Positions 16,944-24,500 of a stretch of 26,348 bases of DNA are shown here, in pieces; the first letter of the stretch is position 1, and each line of letters starts with the position of its first letter. The DNA lies in the IMG/VR virus record IMGVR_UViG_3300011339_000515, positions 1 through 26,348 of that record; one strand, 5' to 3'. The position numbers were made by a program, and so were the translations under genes. This stretch comes from a virus. Its lineage: Duplodnaviria; Caudoviricetes. Below the pieces are notes generated by a model. The model searched no databases. It was not told the DNA's origin and saw only the letters and a program-made list of their open reading frames with translations.

Positions 16944-17030
16944 GGAAAGTCCCTAGTTTTTACAAGGTTTAATTTGATGTTACACTAACCTCACTGCAAT
17001 AAGCAGGTAACAGCGAATCAGGAGCGAACC
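16941..17030 (+). promoter_or_regulatory. Accessory cassette promoter/leader 2
   Basis: TAGGGAAAGTCCCTA palindrome, TTTACA(16959)-16 bp-TACACT(16981) with extended -10 TG, 5' hairpin, AGGAG RBS. Confidence 0.7.
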
Positions 17031-17918
17031 ATGAATACAGCATCAAACCCTTTCAGCGACATGGCAGACGACTTGGGTGCAATTTACGCATCTACACCCG
17101 TTGCCCGCGCTACCAGCGAAGTGACTTACTTCGAGCAGGCTTGCCCCAAGTGCAAAGGCACTGGTCGTTTCACCTTTGGCTACATCAACGTGCGCTCTGG
17201 CGAGTGCTTTACTTGCAAGGGTGTAGGCAAGCTGTCCTTCAAGACCTCCCCTGTTACCCGCGCTAAGGCAAAGGCTGGCGCACAACGCCGTGCAACCGCT
17301 AAGGTCGAGGCACAAGCCGCTAAGGCTCAGGAGTGGAAAGATGCCAACCCTGCTGAAGCCGCTTGGATGGAGTCCAGCGCACCCCGTTTTGAGTTTGCCA
17401 AGTCCATGCTGGATGCCCTCAATAAGTACGGTCACCTGACTGAAAAGCAGATGTCTACCGTTCAGCGCCTGACCGTGCAGGATGCAGAGCGCCAAGCCGC
17501 CCGCGCTGTAGAGCAAGCCACCCGCGCTGAGTCAGCCCCTGTGGTGTCGGTCGAAGCCATCGAAGTAGCGTTCAACAACGCCAAAGAAGCAGGCGTGAAG
17601 CACCCTAAGTTGCGCCTTGAGTCCTTTGTGTTCAGCCCTGCTGGTGAGAACAGCAAGAACGCTGGCGCTATCTACGTCAAGTCCAAGGGTGACGGCGTGT
17701 ATTTGGGCAAGGTCATGGGCGGTCGCCTTTTCACCTCACGCGACTGCACCACAGAAGCCGCAGAACGCATCACAGCGGTCGCCAGCGACCCTAGACAAGC
17801 CGCCATAGCCTACGGTATGGAATTCGGTTCCTGCTCAATCTGCGCCCGTCAATTGACCGACAGTGACAGCGTGGCTCGTGGCATCGGCCCCATCTGCGCA
17901 GAGAAGTACGGCTTCTAA
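17031..17918 (+). CDS. Zn-finger protein with N-terminal CxxCxGxG repeats and C-terminal DUF6011-like domain
   Basis: CPKCKGTG...CFTCKGVG; C-terminal CSICARQLTDSDSVARGIGPICA. Confidence 0.75.
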   Translation: MNTASNPFSDMADDLGAIYASTPVARATSEVTYFEQACPKCKGTGRFTFGYINVRSGECFTCKGVGKLSFKTSPVTRAKAKAGAQRRATAKVEAQAAKAQEWKDANPAEAAWMESSAPRFEFAKSMLDALNKYGHLTEKQMSTVQRLTVQDAERQAARAVEQATRAESAPVVSVEAIEVAFNNAKEAGVKHPKLRLESFVFSPAGENSKNAGAIYVKSKGDGVYLGKVMGGRLFTSRDCTTEAAERITAVASDPRQAAIAYGMEFGSCSICARQLTDSDSVARGIGPICAEKYGF

Positions 17919-18033
17919 GGGAAACCACTTAGAAAGTATTTTCAAAAGGGGGTTCACAGCCCCCAGTTTGTTTATGCTAGAATTACACCACCAACAGCAA
18001 TAACGCAGTTGGGCAACCAAACGAAAGCGAATT
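17913..18033 (+). promoter_or_regulatory. Accessory cassette promoter/leader 3
   Basis: TTCTAAG-N8-CTTAGAA palindrome, AT tract, extended -10 TGcTAGAAT(17978), 5' hairpin, CGAAAGCGAAT before ATG. Confidence 0.7.
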
Positions 18034-18468
18034 ATGAACTTCTTCAAGACACAGCAAAACCCTCACGCTCCAGCCCACATCATCGTTGTGGAGGTCAGCG
18101 ACCAAGTACAACGTGGAGATGGCTGGGTATCGCGCCACGACTTCAAAACCTTTGAGCAGGCTCAAGAGGTGGCAGATGCCGCCAGCAATTTTGAGGGTGT
18201 TGACTACATCGCTACCGACGAAGGCGAGTGGTGTTCGCCGCGTTATGACGTCATCATGGCTCCAGAGGTGTTAGACCCGGTCTCTTACACATTCAACGGT
18301 GACGCATACCCATGTGGCTTCATTAAGACCATCAGCAAGACCATGAAGAAAATCACCACCACTACTGGCAAGACCTTCTACCGCAAGCGCAACACTGGCT
18401 CTTGGGTGAGTTCACCTTGTTGGTCTATGGTGATGGGTCACATCAATGAGCGTAACCCACACTTCTGA
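18034..18468 (+). CDS. Hypothetical phage protein (144 aa)
   Basis: First gene after promoter 3; biased codon usage. Confidence 0.75.
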   Translation: MNFFKTQQNPHAPAHIIVVEVSDQVQRGDGWVSRHDFKTFEQAQEVADAASNFEGVDYIATDEGEWCSPRYDVIMAPEVLDPVSYTFNGDAYPCGFIKTISKTMKKITTTTGKTFYRKRNTGSWVSSPCWSMVMGHINERNPHF

Positions 18469-18475
18469 AATCACG

Positions 18476-18491
18476 GGGGGCGCAAGCCCCC
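18476..18491 (+). repeat. GGGGGC-GCAA-GCCCCC intergenic hairpin (copy 2)
   Basis: Identical to 14730-14745. Confidence 0.8.
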
Positions 18492-18528
18492 AATAACCCA
18501 TTCACAACCGAAAAGAAAGCGAATCGTT

Positions 18529-18792
18529 ATGTCACACTTTGATACCATGAACACCATCGTCAATCAGTTCTTTGACAACCTGCCTAAGTCCTACGTCGTG
18601 TACTGCGACTACATTGCGCACACCATTGTGGGCAACCTGAAGGCAAACGACACCGAGCGCCTGCTGTCCAGCGTGAGCCGCCCGCAGTATGACCTGACCC
18701 AGTCGGGCGCGTTTGCCAGCACTAAGAAGACCATTGACGTAGAAGACCGCAACGGTCGCAAGTACCGCGTAACTGTGGAGGAGGTCAAGTGA
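18529..18792 (+). CDS. Hypothetical protein (87 aa)
   Basis: Preceded by GAAAGCGAATC; ends NGRKYRVTVEEVK. Confidence 0.7.
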   Translation: MSHFDTMNTIVNQFFDNLPKSYVVYCDYIAHTIVGNLKANDTERLLSSVSRPQYDLTQSGAFASTKKTIDVEDRNGRKYRVTVEEVK

Positions 18793-19088
18793 AGCGCCAG
18801 TCACCCGAAACGCACAAGCAGACTGTGTCTGTTCAAACGGTGGATGAGGCGATAGATATTGCCAAGGCTTGCTCGTCCCTGTGGGGTGTAATCAGGAGTC
18901 AGAACCATTTGGATGAATGGGGGTATCGCACATCCGTTGACCCAATGAGTGTTGCAAAGGCGGAGGGTCAACTGCGTGGGCTGTACCTGTTCCTTTGTAA
19001 CCTCAGCCACCAACTGGCAAACGAAAAGACTTTTGAGTTGAATCAGTACGGCAAGGTGTTTAAGCTGACTGCTGAGGAGGTGAAATGA
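18789..19088 (+). CDS. Hypothetical protein (99 aa)
   Basis: GTG start with GGAGG RBS, GTGA overlap; ends YGKVFKLTAEEVK. Confidence 0.65.
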   Translation: MKRQSPETHKQTVSVQTVDEAIDIAKACSSLWGVIRSQNHLDEWGYRTSVDPMSVAKAEGQLRGLYLFLCNLSHQLANEKTFELNQYGKVFKLTAEEVK

Positions 19089-19252
19089 GAGAAGAAACAT
19101 TGCTTGAGAAGGTTGTAATCGCTATAATGTTCATTGCGTTTTTGGTGTTTTGGATGTGGGTTCCTGACTTTACATTGAGCGAAGAGGACTGCATGAAGCA
19201 GGACTCTAGCGCCTACGTCAAGAACCTTTGTAGCGAATCACAAGCGAAATAA
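19085..19252 (+). CDS. Small single-TM protein (55 aa); not in ORF track
   Basis: MREETLLEKVVIAIMFIAFLVFWMWVPDF...CSESQAK*; GGAGG RBS, ATGA overlap. Confidence 0.7.
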   Translation: MREETLLEKVVIAIMFIAFLVFWMWVPDFTLSEEDCMKQDSSAYVKNLCSESQAK

Positions 19253-19280
19253 AACCGAGTCGGTTTCCGCGCAAGCGGAG

Positions 19281-19391
19281 CCTACACGCATGGGGATTGC
19301 TGATGGAGACAGCGGTAGCATCAGCCAACTCGGAAACGAGTTATGGAATATCGGGGGTTCGACTCCCCCCGGCAGTCCCCAGCCGTGTTGG
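19281..19391 (+). ncRNA. Putative tRNA-like structured ncRNA
   Basis: Long closing stem (ACACG..TGGGGATTGCTG / CGGCAGTCCCCA..CGTGT), T-arm GGGGG-TTCGACT-CCCCC, D-loop-like AGCGGTA, AACTCG-GAAA-CGAGTT hairpin. Confidence 0.6.
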
Positions 19392-19463
19392 TGAAAGCGG
19401 ATGCTGAGTGACTCTGAAGTGAAGCGCATAGCAATCAGACACAGCGAGTAGCCAGCAAGATAT

Positions 19464-19538
19464 TGCGGGGTGGAGAAGTAGTAACTCAGATGGCTCATAA
19501 CCATCAGACCGCTGGTGCAAATCCAGCCCCCGCTACCA
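19464..19538 (+). tRNA. tRNA-Met(CAT), initiator (fMet)-like, with encoded CCA
   Basis: Cloverleaf: TGCGGGG/CCCCGCT acceptor with 1:72 mismatch, A11:U24, GATGG-CTCATAA-CCATC anticodon arm, GCTGG-TGCAAAT-CCAGC T arm, ACCA end. Confidence 0.88.
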
Positions 19539-19610
19539 ATAACCCATAGCGCCCCGAAAGCGAATCGTTTACACTGACGACATTCGTTCAACATACGGGG
19601 AATACGGGTT

Positions 19611-20189
19611 ATGCCAGAAACCGCTAAGAAGCCTGCTAAGGCATCCAACGCTACCAAGACAATGGGTAAGGTCTCCGCGCCCGCAGAGAAGCCTGTAGCC
19701 CCCAAGAAGATGGGACGCCCTTCAAAGTACGACCCTGAGATAGCACGCATCATCTGTGAGCAGTTGAGTGAAGGTATCCCATTACGTCAGATATGCAGAG
19801 AGAACGATGGGTTCCCTGCGTGGAGGACGGTTTACGATTGGATGGGGCGCGACCCTGAATTATCCGCATCCATCGCACGCGCACGCGACATTGGCTATGA
19901 CGCCATCGCTGAGGAATGCTTGCAGATTGCTGACAACCTTGAGTTCGGTCAGCGTCAGGTAATGACTGACGAGGGGACGGCGACGACGGTCGAGGATATG
20001 CTTGGTCACCGCAAGCTACGCATTGAGACGCGCCTGAAGTTGCTGGCTAAGTTCCACCCCACCAAGTATGGCGACAAGCTGGGACTGCATGGGGTCGAGG
20101 GAGCCGCCGCCATCAAGACCGAAGACACCAACGCCAACAAGTTCCTTGAGGTTATCCGCAACATGGAGATGACCAAGCGTGCTGGCTGA
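19611..20189 (+). CDS. terS: Terminase small subunit
   Basis: GRPSKYDPEIARIICEQLSEGIPLRQIC...P...TVYDW HTH; ARARDIGYDAIAEECLQIAD; RKLRIETRLKLLAK..P.KYGDK; directly upstream of terL. Confidence 0.88.
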   Translation: MPETAKKPAKASNATKTMGKVSAPAEKPVAPKKMGRPSKYDPEIARIICEQLSEGIPLRQICRENDGFPAWRTVYDWMGRDPELSASIARARDIGYDAIAEECLQIADNLEFGQRQVMTDEGTATTVEDMLGHRKLRIETRLKLLAKFHPTKYGDKLGLHGVEGAAAIKTEDTNANKFLEVIRNMEMTKRAG

Positions 20190-21594
20190 GATTCTCGAAG
20201 ACCCAGCAGTACAGGCGGAGTTCAACGCCTTCTCTGACCATGACCGCATTGCCTACATCGCCCACGCCAAGTGGGTAGCCAGCGCCCACCGCTACCAAGT
20301 CCCGCCTCCGCTGGAGATGGACTACACCGTGTGGATGATGCTGGCAGGTCGAGGGGCAGGCAAGACCCGCTCCGCCGCTGAGGCGCTCTGGTGGTGGGCA
20401 TGGACAAACCCGCAGTGCCGTTGCCTAGTCCTCGCGCCCACGTCCAACGACATCAAGTTCACCTGCTTTGAGGGTCAGTCAGGACTCCTCGCTTGCATCC
20501 CTGAGCAACTGGTGGTGGACTACAACAAGCAAGACCATCAGATAAAGCTATCCAATGGCTCCATCATCCGTGGCATCAGTGGCGACAGCTACGAGCGCCT
20601 GCGTGGCCCTCAGTTCCACTTTGCATGGTGCGACGAGTTAGCCGCCTTCCAGTACCTCGGCGCTGGTGAGGCGTGGGACATGATGATGATGGGACTGCGT
20701 TTGGGTGACAAGCCTCGCGTCATTGTGACCACGACACCGCGCCCCAAAGACCTCATCATTGACTTGGTCGGGCGCGAGGGTGACGACGTGGTGATTGACC
20801 GCGCCAGCACATACGAGAACGAGGCGAACCTAGCCTCCACCTTCCGCAAGCAGTTGGAGTCATACAAGGGTTCCAAGCTGTATGAGCAGGAGGTGATGGG
20901 GCAACTGATTGACCTCGAAGATGGCAAGGTGGTGAGCCGCTCCATGTTCAAGATGTACCCAGCCGACCGCCCCTTCCCTAAGTTCGAGTACATCGTGCAG
21001 TCGTATGACTCAGCGTACACGGACAAGACCTACAACGACCCGACCGCTATGACGACGTGGGGTGTGTTCAAGCCAACGGATGGGCCTATGTCCGTCCTGC
21101 TCCTCGACTGCTGGGCTGAACACCTGACGTTCCCCAAGCTGAAGCCAAAGGTGCTGGATGAGTGGCGCGTCTCGTATGGGGATGGCAAGGATGCCAAGCG
21201 CCCTGACTTGATACTGGTTGAGGCGAAGGCGTCAGGGCTGAGTCTTGTACAAGAGTTGCAGGCGATGCACTTGCCTGTACGGGCGTGGAACCCGGGCAAC
21301 GCGGACAAGATGACCCGCTTGCAGATTACCGCCTCCATCTTTGCCACTGGCAGGGTCTGGCTCCCAGAGTCCAGCGTGCATAAGGGCTATGTGAAGGACT
21401 GGGCTGAGGGTTTCCTGTCCCAGATATGCGCTTTCCCTGATGCCGCGCACGATGACTACGTCGACTCAACCACTCAGGCAATTCGCCTGCTTAAAGACAT
21501 GGGCTTCCTCGACATCAATCCTGAGCCTCTGTATGATGACGATGATGACTATGCTTATACCCGTAAAGAGCGGGTCAACCCATATGCGGTGTAA
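20179..21594 (+). CDS. terL: Terminase large subunit
   Basis: Walker A AGRGAGKT, LRGPQFHFAWCDE Walker B, VTTTP coupling motif, nuclease QSYDSA...HDDYVDS. Confidence 0.95.
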   Translation: MLAEILEDPAVQAEFNAFSDHDRIAYIAHAKWVASAHRYQVPPPLEMDYTVWMMLAGRGAGKTRSAAEALWWWAWTNPQCRCLVLAPTSNDIKFTCFEGQSGLLACIPEQLVVDYNKQDHQIKLSNGSIIRGISGDSYERLRGPQFHFAWCDELAAFQYLGAGEAWDMMMMGLRLGDKPRVIVTTTPRPKDLIIDLVGREGDDVVIDRASTYENEANLASTFRKQLESYKGSKLYEQEVMGQLIDLEDGKVVSRSMFKMYPADRPFPKFEYIVQSYDSAYTDKTYNDPTAMTTWGVFKPTDGPMSVLLLDCWAEHLTFPKLKPKVLDEWRVSYGDGKDAKRPDLILVEAKASGLSLVQELQAMHLPVRAWNPGNADKMTRLQITASIFATGRVWLPESSVHKGYVKDWAEGFLSQICAFPDAAHDDYVDSTTQAIRLLKDMGFLDINPEPLYDDDDDYAYTRKERVNPYAV

Positions 21595-21596
21595 CT

Positions 21597-24500
21597 ATGG
21601 CTGACGCAAAGAAGATACTAGGTGGACTCGGCAAGGTGGGTAAGCGCCTGTTGGCGACTGATGACGAGGCGTCGTTGAATGCAATTCGAGCCGCAGGTCG
21701 CGCCGCTCATGAGCAAGAAGCCGCTATCCGCGCCGCTAAGAACGCTGAGGTCAAGGAGCAGATGGCAAGATTGCCTGCCCGCAACAAGAAAGCCAACGAG
21801 GCTTTAGGTTTATATCACCCAGTAGGTGGCGGTCTCAAGCTGTCCAAGCCCACGTCAGGTATGCACGCAACAACCGTGGCTGACCCTAAGTTCAACCCTC
21901 CAGACATTGGCATCATTACGCCTGAGCAGTTGGTCAAAGAGGAGGCGGCGTTGTTCCCCTTGGTTGGTGACCGAGCCGCTGGTGGTCGATACCTCACCCA
22001 CGTTGACGAGAACGAGTTGGAGATTCCTGTCAGGTTGACGGGAGGCCCTCGTTACATGGATGCGAACTACAACCCCATAACCCCTGATGACTCAGCCGCA
22101 TGGGAGTCTGGGGCTGGTCGTGTGACTGCGTTAGGTAAGCAGGCTGAACGCGCAGGGCAAGGCGGTCGACCCGTTTACGGTATCTACACCGCAGGCTCAG
22201 GTACGAACACTGACTTCAACATAATGGGCGCGAATGCGTTGTATCAACAGATTGCACAAGGCAAGATTACAAAGAAGGCGGAGCGGGAGTTTGACAGAGC
22301 GATGAAGGAGGGGACGAAAGAGTTTCCGCCCATCCCAAATTGGCCGGGCATCCGAAGCCCTGAAGCCTACGAACTCTTGCTTGACAAAAGCAACGGCATC
22401 GCCCGCACCAAGCTGTTTGGCGTGATGGGCAAAGAGAACTTTCAATCAATGGGCTTTCCTGATGTACCTGCCACCCGCAAAGCCATCATTGAACCTGAGT
22501 TGCTTGATGTGCCGACCAACCAAGCTGGCTTCAGGCTGGCGCGAATGGATACTACTGGGCGCATCATTGAAAACCCAAACATTCCATCCGACTACCCTAA
22601 AGCAATGGCTGGCAAGGTTGCAGGCAGGCTGGATGTACCCGCAGACTACAAAGACATCTTCCAGTCTCACTTCGACGCCCGCCGCTTGCTGAGTCAACCA
22701 GAGTCAGGCGACTACTATTCTTTCTCACGCGCCCATCCTATTCAGTATGCCGACGACGCTTGGCTCAACAGGCTGATGGAGCAACGCCTTGCCACCGAGC
22801 GCAAGATTAAAGAGGGCGAGTACAAGGAAGGCGGAACCGTCGACATCAGCGAAGCAGATAAGCGACTCGCAAAGGCAATCGAAAACCGAATGGCTAAAGG
22901 TGGAGCAGTTGACCTCGAAGCCGCTGACGCTAGACTGCAAGCCGCTATCGACGCCCGCATGGGCATGGCTGATGGTGGCAAGGTAATCAAGGGCGCGGCT
23001 AAAGCGTTCAAGAAGCTATTTGCTGATGACGTGGTAAATGGAATGCGTATCAGGCAGGATATTCCAAACCAATCTTCAATTGGCGCATCCTTGACTGACT
23101 ACTCTACGCATGGTTTGCAAGAAGTACCAATGAGCGCCTTTGAGACTGTTGGCAAGCCAAGATACAGAAGCGTTCAAGAAGAGAAGCGCACCAAAGAGTT
23201 GGCGCGACAAATCCAAGAGAACAAAGAACTGAACCCTCTGATTGTTGTGAGGGACGCCGAGGGTCACTACATCCTTGAGGGCGGTCATAGGTTCGATGCG
23301 CTGAGGGAGTTGGGTATAGATTCCTTCCCTGCTCTGATGGTGCATGACTTAGAGTCCTTGGGAACTCTTGCCAAAGCCGACGGCGGAAAGATTGTCAAGG
23401 GGGCAAGCAAGGTATTCAAGAAGCTATTTGCGGATGCCCCGCAGGTTGATGCTCTCAAGCTGGCGCAAGAACGCGCCGCTCTGCCCGTGTCCCAAGGCGG
23501 CTTGGGTTTGCCCAAGAACAACACTGCGGAGCAAAGAGCGAAGGCGATGGGCTTTGACCGCGACACCTATCACGGTTCGTTCCGCGACATCAAGAAATTT
23601 GACCCTAGCGTCGGCTCAACTGAGAGCCACGCAGGCAAGGGCATCTACTCGACCGACTCACCAGAAGACGCAAGCCGCAACTACGCCAGCATCTATGGCC
23701 CCGACGTGAGCGGCAGGGTTGAGCGCGGCATGGAGCAGAGAGATAAAGACTTTCGCAAGATTCATGGTCGCATGAGGGATGAGGTTTTGACGCCGCGCCA
23801 GCAAGACATCATCTTGCGCAACACGGTTGGCACAGACAACCTTGGGGTTGTTTACCCATTGAAGATTCGCTCCAACAAGTCCATCCATCTCGATGCACCT
23901 GAGTCAGACCCAGTAAGGATTGGCCCATTTGAGCATTACGACGAAGCGTCTGAAACTTATGTAGATACGCCACACACCCCAAAGTTCAATGAGGCTTTGG
24001 ATGAATTTAGGGAACTTGGTGGTGATGCCAACCCAGTCTATGAAACTGTTCAGGACTACGGTGGCCCAATCCCTGCGCGTGATGTATTCAATGCCGTCAA
24101 GAAGACTGGCAACGAAAGCGGTTTGTACGACCCCTTCACTGGCGACATCGTGTCTGGTGGTGTAGCGGCTGGCGACTTTGTGAAACACTTCGGCATTGAC
24201 GAAATCCGCCACACTCCAAGGTTTATGAACCACGAGTTGAACATTGGCAAAGAACACACAATCAGCTTTGACCCTGACAACGTGCGCTCACGCTTTGCGG
24301 CGTTTGACCCGTTCCGCAGGTCGGCGGCTACTGCGGCGTTAATGGGTGTCGCGGCTCCTGACCTGCTGGCAAAAGAAGCCAAGAACAAGAAGAAAGCCCA
24401 CGGTGGCTTGGCTATGGCTAAGGGCGGGAAGTTGGCGGCAATAGGCAAGCTAGGCAAACGCTTGCTGGCTGACCCTGACGCCGTAACCCCTTCTGTCAGT

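Noticed and set aside
19299-19345. Possible hammerhead ribozyme (CTGATG...GAAAC)
   Set aside because: Core is CTGATGG not CTGAnGA, GAAA is a tetraloop of its own hairpin, and stems I-III cannot be built.
19292-19381. Full tmRNA gene
   Set aside because: Only about 90 nt between the matching ends; no tag reading frame or pseudoknots.
19238-19753. 171-aa minus-strand ORF
   Set aside because: Runs antisense across the tRNA, structured RNA and terS start; no protein features.
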